Assembly (NCBI GenBank): GCA_052279835.1
Contig: CP181291.1
Coordinates: 3,808,001 to 3,872,000 of the forward strand
DNA length: 64,000 nucleotides
From: Microcoleus sp.
GTDB lineage: Bacteria > Cyanobacteriota > Cyanobacteriia > Cyanobacteriales > Microcoleaceae
Direction of reading: 5' to 3'
The position numbers and the translations under genes were made by a program. Within the stretch, counting starts at the first letter, position 1. Every line of letters begins with the position of its first letter. Positions 51,552 to 62,213 of the stretch are shown one piece after another. The notes beneath the pieces are model-generated. The model was not told where the DNA came from, searched no databases, and saw only the letters and a list, made by a program, of their open reading frames with translations.

Positions 51552-51577
51552 ACCCTGACTTGGAAAATAGTCAGGGT
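51552..51577 (-). terminator. Probable intrinsic terminator of the CRISPR transcript
   Basis: ACCCTGACT/AGTCAGGGT stem followed on the minus strand by TATTTTTT. Confidence 0.65.
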
Positions 51578-51583
51578 AAGTTA

Positions 51584-52056
51584 GTTTCTATTCAATTAGT
51601 TTCCCTAGCGAGTAGAGACCATTTCGTGTGCTTGGTGTAACGCTTGCCGTTGCCAGTTTCCATTCAATTAGTTTCCCTAGCGAGTAGGGAGTATTTCCAC
51701 TTTGAAAAACTTGGGTGTAACTAAGATTAAGGGTTTCCATTCAATTAGTTTCCCTAGCGAGTAGGGAGCAATTTAACAGCGGTAGCCGCATATCATCCGC
51801 ATGTTTCCATTCAATTAGTTTCCCTAGCGAGTAGGGAGTTAATGATACTCTTGAAGGTGGAGCCGGAAATGATGTTTCCATTCAATTAGTTTCCCTAGCG
51901 AGTAGGGAGTGGTAAGCTACGAAGTTGGGATTGTCAACCTACAGCAGCGTTTCCATTCAATTAGTTTCCCTAGCGAGTAGGGAGATTCAGACCTTTCTGA
52001 TTGTATGTCTGTCCAGAAAAGTTTCCATTCAATTAGTTTCCCTAGCGAGTAGGGAG
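51584..52056 (-). CRISPR. CRISPR array, 7 repeats of 36 bp (CTCCCTACTCGCTAGGGAAACTAATTGAATGGAAAC) and 6 spacers of 34-41 bp; no cas genes in the window
   Basis: Repeats start at 51584 (degenerate), 51656, 51733, 51803, 51874, 51949 and 52021; GAAAC 3' end on the minus strand. Confidence 0.97.
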
Positions 52057-52245
52057 TGTTCGCCGCAGAGACTATACCCCGTAAGGGATTCAGCCATCAA
52101 ATCGACGCACCATCTAAATATAGCATGGGTGAATCACAAAAAGGAGCAAACTATAGGCCTCAAACCCAATCCCCATTAGGCATCGACGCACCTCAACGAA
52201 ATTATAGGGGTTTCAGAGATTCAGCGAGGTGCGTCGATATTGGCT
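52057..52245 (-). promoter_or_regulatory. CRISPR leader
   Basis: Adjacent to the intact end repeat; extended -10 TGCTATATT (52117-52125, minus strand); ATCGACGCAC repeats. Confidence 0.7.
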
Positions 52246-52536
52246 TACGTGGCCTCTCAAATGCCTAACTAAGAAGTAGGAAATCAAGGCTAAAATTCAA
52301 TCATAGTAAGAGTTTCATGGATTCATAATTTTAAGAGTGTCGAGAATGTTTCTATCGCATCACCCTAGGGGACAAAATTTGGTGAATTTGCCAAAACTAA
52401 GTAGGTAGGTGCAAATAAACTTTGGTATGTCGCAAAACAATGACCTATTTACCTATTTTCTCGATTTCTTAGTCTGCGGAGGCAGACTTTGTTTGTATAG
52501 ACGCGGTTTCAACCGCCGAATCCCTCGCCGAGTTCC

Positions 52537-53922
52537 TTATTTCCCAATACAAAATCTACTGAAGATTCTATCTAATACTGATTCTGTCACTTCCTCTCCC
52601 GTCACTTCTCCTAGGGCTTGAATTGCACCACGCAAGTCTATTGTCCAGAAATCTAAGGGCAATTTATCGCTAATCGTAACTAGGCATTGTTCTATACAAA
52701 ATTTGGCTTTGGTGATGGCTGCTGCTTGCCGCTGATTAATTGCTAAGTCTAGGTTTTCTGCTTGCAAGTTGTCGCTGTTGACGGCATCTAAGATGGCGGT
52801 TTCTAAGTCTTCTATGCCTCGATCTAGGGCGGCGGCGGTGGTGACTATTCGGTGAATTTCAGAGGAAAATGGTAGTTTTGGGGTGGTTTTTACTAGGTCG
52901 ATTTTGTTGAGGATGATGATTAGTTGGCGGTGTTTTACTTGTTGGTAAATTTCTGAGTCTGCTTCTGTCCATCCCGATTGTGCGTCTATTGTCAATAATA
53001 CTAGATCGGCTTGCTTTGCTGCGGCGCGCGATCGCTCAACTCCTATCTTTTCTACTTTGTCTTCCGTTTCCCGAATTCCCGCAGTGTCTAGCACCTGCAC
53101 TGGAATTGGGCCGACAACTAACTGGGATTCTACCACATCCCGCGTTGTACCGGGCAAGTCAGTGACGATCGCCCGATCGCACCTACTCCACGCATTCAAC
53201 AAACTCGATTTTCCCACATTTGGGCGGCCGACGATCGCCACTTTCAAACCGCTTCTCAACAACTCTCCGCGATCGGCTGTGGCCAAAATTGTTGACAATT
53301 GCGCCAAAACCTGAGTTATTTCTAACACTATTTGAGCCTCATTTAAAGGCGGCAAATCTTCCTCAAAATCTATTCTGGCTTCAATTTCTGCTAACACATC
53401 TAAACAAATTGTTCTCAATTGACGAATTGGCTTAGCCAATTTTCCTTGCAACTGGGCCAAAGCACTTTGGGCAGCAGCCGGAGATTGGGCTCCCACCAAA
53501 TCCGCGATGCTTTCAGCTTGAGTTAAATCTAGTCTTCCGTTCAAAAAAGCTCGCAGGGAAAACTCTCCCGGTTGCGCCAATCTAGCTCCGTTTTCCAAAC
53601 ACAATTGCAAGACTTGCTGCACCGCCATAATCCCGCCGTGACAGTGAAATTCTACCACATCTTCGCGGGTGAAAGAACGCGGTGCTTTCATAATTAATAG
53701 TAAAGCTTCATCGACTAATTTTTGAGTTTGGGGGTGGTGGATATAGCCATAAATAATTCGGTGAGAGTCCCAAATTTGCTTTCCTGGACTGCGAAACAAA
53801 GTTTCGGCAATTTTGAGAGCTTGGGAGCCGGAAACTCGCACAATGCCGACACTGCCTTGTTGGGGGACGATGGCAGTGGCGATCGCAGCGATCGTTCCTC
53901 CTTTTGTTAATGATTCAGCCAT
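52537..53922 (-). CDS. mnmE: tRNA modification GTPase MnmE
   Basis: [36 protein letters not shown]-terminal FCIGK. Confidence 0.97.
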   Translation of the reverse strand: MAESLTKGGTIAAIATAIVPQQGSVGIVRVSGSQALKIAETLFRSPGKQIWDSHRIIYGYIHHPQTQKLVDEALLLIMKAPRSFTREDVVEFHCHGGIMAVQQVLQLCLENGARLAQPGEFSLRAFLNGRLDLTQAESIADLVGAQSPAAAQSALAQLQGKLAKPIRQLRTICLDVLAEIEARIDFEEDLPPLNEAQIVLEITQVLAQLSTILATADRGELLRSGLKVAIVGRPNVGKSSLLNAWSRCDRAIVTDLPGTTRDVVESQLVVGPIPVQVLDTAGIRETEDKVEKIGVERSRAAAKQADLVLLTIDAQSGWTEADSEIYQQVKHRQLIIILNKIDLVKTTPKLPFSSEIHRIVTTAAALDRGIEDLETAILDAVNSDNLQAENLDLAINQRQAAAITKAKFCIEQCLVTISDKLPLDFWTIDLRGAIQALGEVTGEEVTESVLDRIFSRFCIGK

Positions 53923-54208
53923 TTTTAATTACTTATATTGAAAGTCTGAGGTATCTTACAGTTTATTATTGCATTTCCCCATGGATCTTCTTGCTTCTTC
54001 TATAAGTTGAGGGTGGGGTTCTCTGGTCCAAGAGACCTTTGGCATAATTCCTGTGGAACAGGCTATAAAGCCTGTTCTTGACTGTGTTTTTAGGAGATGT
54101 CTAAGGGCTAAGGGGATCGGGGCGATCCTAATTTTAATGCTATACTCATTGATTAACTATCCTGATTTTATGCGAAAATTTAATCAGTAACAGGGATGAG
54201 GGCATATC

Positions 54209-56411
54209 ATGATTGGTCAACTTCTAGACAGACGTTACCGCATCATTAAAGTCACAGACTCAAGTGAGGTGGGAACCACCTATTTGGCAGCAGATACTCA
54301 CCGTCGGGGTTCTCCGCAATGCCTGGTTAGAAAAATGCGACTTCCCGGTAAGAGTTCGCAGATTCCTGAATCAGTCCAAACTATCTTTCAAAGAAATGCC
54401 GAAAAAATTGAAAAATTGGGAAAACATCACCAAATTCCCGAATTATCGGCTTATTTTGCAGAAAATCGAAGTTTATACTTAATTGAAGAATTAATTGCTG
54501 GGGAACCTTTAAGCACTGAACTAATCCCCGGTCAACCTTGGACCCAAAAGAAAATATTTGGTTTGCTTGAGGAAATATTAGAAGTTTTGGTGTTTATACA
54601 TGAGAACGGCTTTATTCATGGCAGAATTCAACCAGATAATCTGATTAGGCGTCAGTCCGATCGGAAATGGGTGTTAACGGACTTTCGTTTAGACGGGGAA
54701 CTGAACTCGGAAATTGCTAATTGTTATTTGTCATTACCAACTTCCTCGAATTCAATTAAATGGTCTGTTGCCAAAAAACAGTCGGTGGTTGCCAAGACAG
54801 TATATACGCCTATGGAACAATGGGAAGGCAACCCTCGCTACAATAGTGATATCTATGCTCTAGGTACGATCGCTCTGGTTGCTGTCACAGGACTTTCAAC
54901 TCTTGAACTGGCTTCCTTACAAAATCAGAAACAGAAAATAAATGGTGGCGATCGAGCAAATTGTGGTGTAGCTTTAGCAGATATTATTGAGAAAATGGTG
55001 CGCTCCGACTTTGAGGAACGCTATCAGGGTGCCACAGAAGTTTTAGCCGACTTCAAGAAAATCAGACGAAAAATCAAGGTTGAGCCACCGCTACCAACCA
55101 CCATTACTCCAGCTATGAGTCAACCGCCTCTGAAGCCGAGTCAAATCATCCTGCTCAGTATTGCTGGAACATTTTCCGCTTTAATCTTGACAGCAGGACT
55201 CATTTACTATTGGCAGACTCAAGATCCAGCGAGGGTCACAGGAATTGTTCGCCCAGGGTCAACAAAAGGCACTGCAAGGGGACAAAACAGGTGCGATCGC
55301 TGATTATACCCAAGCCCTCGCCATCAATTCCAGCGATGCCGAAGCTTTCTACAAGCGGGCTAACGCTCGCTATGACCTTGGGGCCCGCGAGCAAGCAATA
55401 GAGGATTATACTCAAGCCATTAAACTCAATCCCAGCCACAGTAAAGCCATCTACAATCGAGGTTTGACCCGCCGGGAACTAGGCAATAAGCAGGGTGCTC
55501 TAGAAGATTTTACCCAAGCAGTCCGGCTGAATTCCACTGATGCCGATGCTTTTTATCAAAGGGCTTTGGCTTACTACGATTTGTCGGACTATCCGGCGGC
55601 AATTGAAGACTATACCCAAGCAATTCGCTTGAATCCCAATGATACTAAAGCTTATAGCAACAGGGGTTTGGCTCGATCGGCTGCTGGGGACAAAACAGGA
55701 GCGATGGCAGATTTTACCCAAGCGATTCAAATTAGCCCCACAGATGCTGGTGTTTATTATGGTCGGGGTCGATCGAGATTTAATGTGGGAGATTATCAAG
55801 GAGCAATGACAGATTTCACTAAGGCGATCGAATTAGCACCCGATCGAGCTGATGCTTATACCAACCGATGCAGCGCTTACTTGAATTTAGCAACCTACGA
55901 TAAAGCGATTGAAGATTGTACCCAAGCAATTACCATCGATCCAAAAGACGAAGCTGCTTATAATAACCGCTGCATTGCTTACCTGAATTTAAAACAATTT
56001 CAGAAAGCCGCTGAAGATTGCAGTTCAACCATCGAACTCAACAAGAAAAATTCCAAAGCATACAGCAATCGAGGATTGGCTCGTAACGCTTCGGGAGACA
56101 AGGCCGGTGCCATCAGCGATTTTACCGAATCAATTCGGCTCAATCCCAGTGATTCAGTTGCTTATAGCAATCGCGGTAATATTTACTCGGAACTGAAAAA
56201 CTATAATTTAGCGGTTGCAGATTTTGCACAGTCAGTGAAACTCAACCCCAACAATGCTACAGCTTTCTACAGTCGAGGTCTCGTCCGTGGCCAACTCAAA
56301 GACCGTAATGGGGCGATCGCAGATTTTCAGAAAGCTGCAACGCTGTTTCTAGAACAAGGAAGAGGCGATGGTTTTCAAGACGCGCAAGCACAAATTAACC
56401 AACTTAACTAA
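54209..56411 (+). CDS. Ser/Thr kinase-like (degenerate) - TM - TPR protein, apparently frameshifted at GGG 55233-55235
   Basis: Kinase-like ORF 54209..55303 plus TPR ORF 55245..56411. Deleting one G gives ...DPARSQELFAQG..., collinear with the downstream paralogue. Confidence 0.85.
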
Positions 56412-56564
56412 ATGCTTCATCAGTTAACTGTTAACTGTAGTCCTTACCAATTGCTATCCGAACGGGGATTTTAGATTTAAATTAGCCATAAATTTAAAAT
56501 CCCAAATTCCCAATCCCAAATCCCAAATCCCAAATCTAAAATTGTTTCATTACTCCTTACCAAT

Positions 56565-58763
56565 ATGAACATGGTTGGTCAACTTCTAGACGGACGTTAC
56601 CGCGTAGTCCAAGTGCTGAGCTCTGGGGCTTTTGGACAAACATATTTAGCTGTCGATACTCGCCGCCCCAACCACCCTCAATGTGTAGTCAAACAACTGC
56701 GACCACCCAGCAATACTTCCACAGTTCTCAAAACTGCTTATCGATTATTTAAACAAGAAGCAGAAATTCTAGAAAAATTAGGAAAACACGATCAAATTCC
56801 CTTTTTACTAGCATATTTTGAAGACAGCAATCAGTTCTATTTAGTGGAAGAATTTGTGCCGGGACAAGCACTAAACAGGGAAATCGTAGCTGGTCAATAC
56901 TGGCCGGAAGAACGAGTGATATCCCTCCTAGAAGAAGTGTTAGAAATTCTCGTTTTTGTCCACTCTCAGGGAGTGATTCACCGCGATGTCAATCCATCCA
57001 ATTTAATCCGCCGTAAACCCGATGGAAAATTGGTTTTAATTGACTTCGGCTCGGTAAAAGAAGTTACAACTCATCTGAGTGACTATGATACAGAATTTCC
57101 GAGAACCATTGCGACAGGGACTCCGGCTTATATGCCGATCGAACAATTTCAAGGCAACCCACAATTTAGCAGCGATATCTATGCAGTCGGGATGATGGCT
57201 ATCCAAGCTATTACCGGATTGCCCGGTACTGATTTGCCAAAATTGCAAGATCCAAGCCCTTCTCATACCGGAGAAATTGTCTGGCGCAACCGCTCTCAAT
57301 GTTCTAACAATTTGGCTAATATCATTGACAAAATGGTCTGTCATCAATTTGGCAAGCGCTATCAATCTGCTGAGGAAGTTTTGGAAGCTTTGAGCAAGAT
57401 CAGACATCGCCACGATCCAGCAAATACCTCTCAAAAAAATAGCCTTTCTCAGTCGAGATTCTCGTCTTATGGTAACTCGTTTTTCAATTTGGGAAGCAGG
57501 TTTTGGTTGCTGGCTTTCGCTGGGTTGGGGACCCTAATAGGTTTAATATTGCTGTTCAATTACTGGAATCGTCCCAATCCTGTGAAAGCTAGGGAATATT
57601 ACGAACAGGGGGTGGCAAAGTCTCGCGATCGAGATGCTGCTGGGGCAGTGGATGCTTTTAACCAGTCACTTAAATTCAATCCTAACAATCCTGAGACTTT
57701 GTATCGGCGAGCTAATGCCAATTATGATTTGAAAAAGTATCAGGAATCCATTGCTGATTATTCTCAGGCGATCGCTCTAGATCCTAATTACTTTCAGGCT
57801 TATTTTAACCGAGGTTTAGCTCGCTACGATTTTAACGACAAGCGAGGCGCTCTTGAGGATTACACTAAGGTTTTGAGTCTCAAACCTAACGATGTTGATG
57901 CTTATTATGAACGAGGTGTGGTTTATTTGGACTTACAAGATTACAAAACGGCGATTCAAGATTTTAGTGAGGTGATTCGGTTGCAGCCCCAACTGGCTAA
58001 AGGTTATCATTCACGGGGATTAGCTCGCGCTGCGGGGGGAGATTTGCAGGGAGCTATTGGGGATTATACAGAAGCCATTAAACTCGATTCTCAAGATACT
58101 AAAGCTTTGTACAGTCGGGGGAGAGCTCGCTTTCATTCGGGTGATTATAAGGGAGCTTTTGCCGATTATTCTCAGGTAATTGCGATCGATCCCAAGAATG
58201 CAGATGCTTATGCTAATCGGTGCAGTACCCAGTTAAATTTGGCGGCTCATCAAGCCGCCATTGACGATTGCACTCAGGCCATTGCGCTGAGCGATGACGA
58301 TGCGGTTCCTTATAACAATCGCTGCATTGCTTATTTAAACTTAAAAGATTATCCCAAAGCAATTGAGGATTGCTCTCAAGCGGTGAAAATGAATCCCAAT
58401 GATTATAATGCTTTTAGTAATCGGGGTTTAGCTCGCAACGGAGGGGCAGACCCACAGGGGGCGATCGCGGATTTTACCTCAGCCATTGCCATCTATCCCA
58501 ACGATGCTGAAGCTTACGCCAATCGAGCCAAGATTTACCAACAGTTAAATAATTACAATAGTGCGATCGCCGATTATGTGCAAGCAATTCGGATCAACCC
58601 CAATTATGCTGCGGCTTACTACGGTAGAGGTGCTGTGCGTCGCTCTTTAGGAGACAAAGCAGGAGCGATTAGTGACTATGAAAAAGCCGGAAAAATCTTT
58701 CTCGATCAAGGACTTACCGGCGGTTACAAAGATGCACAATTTGAGATTGAAAAACTCAAATAG
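56565..58763 (+). CDS. Ser/Thr protein kinase - TM - TPR repeats
   Basis: GAFGQTY, CVVKQL, HRDVNPSN, DFG, GTPAYMP; about 11 TPRs. Confidence 0.93.
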   Translation: MNMVGQLLDGRYRVVQVLSSGAFGQTYLAVDTRRPNHPQCVVKQLRPPSNTSTVLKTAYRLFKQEAEILEKLGKHDQIPFLLAYFEDSNQFYLVEEFVPGQALNREIVAGQYWPEERVISLLEEVLEILVFVHSQGVIHRDVNPSNLIRRKPDGKLVLIDFGSVKEVTTHLSDYDTEFPRTIATGTPAYMPIEQFQGNPQFSSDIYAVGMMAIQAITGLPGTDLPKLQDPSPSHTGEIVWRNRSQCSNNLANIIDKMVCHQFGKRYQSAEEVLEALSKIRHRHDPANTSQKNSLSQSRFSSYGNSFFNLGSRFWLLAFAGLGTLIGLILLFNYWNRPNPVKAREYYEQGVAKSRDRDAAGAVDAFNQSLKFNPNNPETLYRRANANYDLKKYQESIADYSQAIALDPNYFQAYFNRGLARYDFNDKRGALEDYTKVLSLKPNDVDAYYERGVVYLDLQDYKTAIQDFSEVIRLQPQLAKGYHSRGLARAAGGDLQGAIGDYTEAIKLDSQDTKALYSRGRARFHSGDYKGAFADYSQVIAIDPKNADAYANRCSTQLNLAAHQAAIDDCTQAIALSDDDAVPYNNRCIAYLNLKDYPKAIEDCSQAVKMNPNDYNAFSNRGLARNGGADPQGAIADFTSAIAIYPNDAEAYANRAKIYQQLNNYNSAIADYVQAIRINPNYAAAYYGRGAVRRSLGDKAGAISDYEKAGKIFLDQGLTGGYKDAQFEIEKLK

Positions 58764-58836
58764 TCAGGGGACGATAGTTAGTTGTCTGTTGATTGTGGTG
58801 AGGAAACAATCAACAGTCAACTATTCCCAATTCCCT

Positions 58837-60264
58837 TTACGAGTCTTGAATTCGCTTAACCAACTCATAAAAAGGTTGCCAATTATCCTCAATAGCTATT
58901 TGCTCCCAAACAGCCTCAATCGTCGGTCTCAATAGCGATTGTTCGGGATTGCACCTGCGTAACCTTTCGGCCATTCTATCCAGATCGTCGGAGGACAAAG
59001 TTTGCAAAACGTGACAATAAAGCTGCCGCCAATGTGCTATTAAATCCGTCGGTTCCGCTTCACTAAAAATTTGACTTGCATCATCTCGCCAAGTGGGAGC
59101 GAACTGTTTTCGCAACTCAAAAAAGAAACCTTGATAATCGACTTGAGACTCAGCCAGTAATTTAATTGTCAGTTGCAACAACTCATCACCCTCAGCCTCC
59201 GGCAATTCCTCAAATCCCAATTTATTCAGCATCAATTGTCGATAAGCTGCATTATAATAGTCGCCAAACTTTGCCAAAGCAGCATCCAGATCGGTTTGAG
59301 CGATCGCACAAACTAGCGGTTTCTGAAGTTTATCTAAATTACCCTGGCAAACAAACGGTTGATTCCCGTAACAATAAAGACCATAATAGTCAAAATAAGC
59401 CGCGGTAAACTTAGGATTATAAGTAGGGATAAAAGCAAAAGGTCCATAGTCAAAACTTTCTCCAGTAATCGACATATTATCAGTATTGAGCACAGCATGA
59501 CAAAATCCCGCCGCCATCCACTGAGCAACTAATTCGGCTACCTTCTTGACTAATTCAGCATAGAAGAGTGCATACTTTTCCCCTGGATCAAGACCCTCAG
59601 TGCTGGCTGCTAAATGCAATTCAGGATAGTAATATTCAATCACAAAATCTAAAAGTTTTGTAATTAAATCCGGGCGACGGATGTAATGCAATCTTTCAAA
59701 AGTACCGAACCGGATGTGAGAATGACTAAAACGTATCATGACAGACGAGCGCGTCGGAGAAGGTTCATCCCCACGCCACAAAGATTCCCCGGTTTCAACT
59801 AAACTAAAACAGCGAGATGTTCGCACTCTTAACCTATGCAAAGTTTCTGCCGCTAAAACTTCCCTAACTCCCCCTTTGAGAGTAAGTCTACCATCAGCAG
59901 ACCGGGAATAAGGTGTGCGGCCAGAACCTTTGGTGCCAAAGTCATAAAGTCTGCCATCAGTACCGCGAACTTGACCGTACAAAAAGCCTCTACCATCGCC
60001 TAAATTGGGATTGTATTCGTTAAATTGATAGCCGTGGTAGCGGAGTGCGAGGAAGGGACGGACGCAATGAAATTCGCCGAATGCTTGGATGAAATGTTCG
60101 TCGGTTACTTGTGCTGGATCTAAACCCAATTTCGGCAATAATTGGTCATTGCGAAAGCGGAGGATGTGCTGGGGAAAATCGGCCGCCGGGACTTCATCAA
60201 AATAGTCGCCACCGAGGGATTCGATGGCGGGTTCGTAGTTGAGGCTGAGCAAGGGATTGGACAT
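58837..60264 (-). CDS. selO: SelO/YdiU protein adenylyltransferase
   Basis: [41 protein letters not shown]. Confidence 0.92.
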   Translation of the reverse strand: MSNPLLSLNYEPAIESLGGDYFDEVPAADFPQHILRFRNDQLLPKLGLDPAQVTDEHFIQAFGEFHCVRPFLALRYHGYQFNEYNPNLGDGRGFLYGQVRGTDGRLYDFGTKGSGRTPYSRSADGRLTLKGGVREVLAAETLHRLRVRTSRCFSLVETGESLWRGDEPSPTRSSVMIRFSHSHIRFGTFERLHYIRRPDLITKLLDFVIEYYYPELHLAASTEGLDPGEKYALFYAELVKKVAELVAQWMAAGFCHAVLNTDNMSITGESFDYGPFAFIPTYNPKFTAAYFDYYGLYCYGNQPFVCQGNLDKLQKPLVCAIAQTDLDAALAKFGDYYNAAYRQLMLNKLGFEELPEAEGDELLQLTIKLLAESQVDYQGFFFELRKQFAPTWRDDASQIFSEAEPTDLIAHWRQLYCHVLQTLSSDDLDRMAERLRRCNPEQSLLRPTIEAVWEQIAIEDNWQPFYELVKRIQDS

Positions 60265-60383
60265 TTTTGTATGAGATCCTGAAATTCGCGATCGCTCAAT
60301 TATAGCGGAATAAACAAAGCCCTTCGACTACGTTCAGGGATTCGACTACGATCGGGGATTGGACTACGATCCGGGAGCCGACC

Positions 60384-62000
60384 TTAAACTACCACAAGAT
60401 GTGGCTCTAAACTTGCCACTAATTTCAGATTATACTCATCTTCAAAAGCAGGTTTTTTGTAATCTAAACTCCACAGTTCAAGAGCGCAATCATCATCAGT
60501 ATTTTGCGGTGTTAGTTGTAAATGAAACTCTCTAACTTCCGGTCTTACCTCGCATTTAAACTTAGCTACTGCTCCAATTTGCCTCCTATCTAAAGCGACT
60601 GCTAACCGCAAAAAAGGATGTAAATTTCCAATTAATATCCGATATTTACGAGGGAGAATCATAAAGTTTTCATGCTTCTTTTTCGGAGAACTTTTTCTGT
60701 GATAGCGGGCTAAATTAGCAATAATTTCAATCTCTGTTTCAGTGTAACCCAACAACTCGCCATTCCGAATTAAATAATAAGAATGCTTGTGGTGAGCCGA
60801 ATGGCTGACATACAAACCGCAGTTGTGTAAAATTGCTGCCGCCCACAACAATTCCCGTTCTTCGGTTCCCCAATTATGCAGAATTCCTTGGGTTTGGTCA
60901 AACAAACTGAGCGCAAATTCTGCGGTTCTTTCGCTATACTCTAAATTAACTTGATATTTTTGAGCCATGTGTAAAATGCTGCGCTGGCGGATTGAACCTT
61001 GGTAACGCAAGCGGTTTTCTATCAAACCGTGAGACAGCATCCAGTCAACTATTACCCCTTCTCTCAAAGAGCGATCGCAAACCGTGAGAAATTCCATTCC
61101 TAATAGCGTCATGGCTTCCTGCAAAATCAAAGCACCAGCCAGAATAATTTCCGCCCGCTTGTCCGACATTCCCGGAATTGCCAACCTTTCGGCATAGGAA
61201 AGTTTGCGGAAACGATTGACTAAATCCCGCAAATCCTTTAAACTTAATTGATAGCCAGCCAGGGGACTTGGTACGGTTCCCAATTTTTCGCGAGCGTTAA
61301 TGGCAGCTAAAGTTTCGATGGTGCCAGCAGTACCAATTAAACGGAGAGTTTCGTCACCATTAAATTGAGCGCGCAATTCGTCGATCGGTCTTTCCAGCGC
61401 AATCCGAATATAAGCTTGCAAATAGGCAAACTCTTCCCTGCTAATCGGGTCAGTTTTGACAAATTCTCCAGTGAGGCGAACCGCACCAATTTTGGTACTG
61501 GTGAGACACCGAGGTTCTGCACTGTCTCCTAAAATTAATTCAGTAGAACCGCCCCCTATGTCAATAATTACCTGGGATTGATTGTTAAATTCCATTCCCG
61601 AAAGAACACCGAGATAAATTCTCCGCGCTTCTTCCTGGCCGGAAATCAAGCTAACATAAAGGTCTAATTCGTCCGCAACTTGTTTGAGAAAATCTCGACC
61701 ATTAGGGGCTTCTCGAACCGCACTGGTAGCCACAGCGATTATTTGTTCCGCATTGAAGGTTTTCGCAATATCTTGAAAACGGCGCAAAGTGGCGATCGCC
61801 CTTTCCATCACCTCAGACTTCAAACACCCTGTCTTTGTTTCACAATCACCCAAGCGCACCGTATCTTTTTCTCTAGCAATAATCGTAAAAGCCGGCAATT
61901 TCGCATCGATGCGCGCCACCACCATATGAAAGGAGTTAGTACCCATATCAATAGCAGCAATAATGCGATTTGACTCCGCAGAAGCAAGTGAATTAACCAT
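60384..62000 (-). CDS. ppx: Ppx/GppA exopolyphosphatase
   Basis: AAIDMGTNSF, ATSAVREA, DIGGGSTE, LREG, HD-like C-terminal domain. Confidence 0.93.
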   Translation of the reverse strand: MVNSLASAESNRIIAAIDMGTNSFHMVVARIDAKLPAFTIIAREKDTVRLGDCETKTGCLKSEVMERAIATLRRFQDIAKTFNAEQIIAVATSAVREAPNGRDFLKQVADELDLYVSLISGQEEARRIYLGVLSGMEFNNQSQVIIDIGGGSTELILGDSAEPRCLTSTKIGAVRLTGEFVKTDPISREEFAYLQAYIRIALERPIDELRAQFNGDETLRLIGTAGTIETLAAINAREKLGTVPSPLAGYQLSLKDLRDLVNRFRKLSYAERLAIPGMSDKRAEIILAGALILQEAMTLLGMEFLTVCDRSLREGVIVDWMLSHGLIENRLRYQGSIRQRSILHMAQKYQVNLEYSERTAEFALSLFDQTQGILHNWGTEERELLWAAAILHNCGLYVSHSAHHKHSYYLIRNGELLGYTETEIEIIANLARYHRKSSPKKKHENFMILPRKYRILIGNLHPFLRLAVALDRRQIGAVAKFKCEVRPEVREFHLQLTPQNTDDDCALELWSLDYKKPAFEDEYNLKLVASLEPHLVVV

Positions 62001-62213
62001 TAGAGTGTATCGGGGTTGACAGATATTTTTCATTATTTCACGAATCTACAGAAGCATCGAATCAAATTATTAAAAATTAAGCAGGGCTGACAGGGAAAGA
62101 CTTTCACCGATTCGAGATGGCCGGTTTTCCATTGGACGCAGCCTTGAGCTTGGGCGATCGGTGCCTAAATTTTGATAAAATTAAAAATTAAAAATCTCCA
62201 ATCTAAAATAGAA

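Noticed and set aside
51925..52268. ORFs over the CRISPR array and leader
   Set aside because: Translations of repeats and leader
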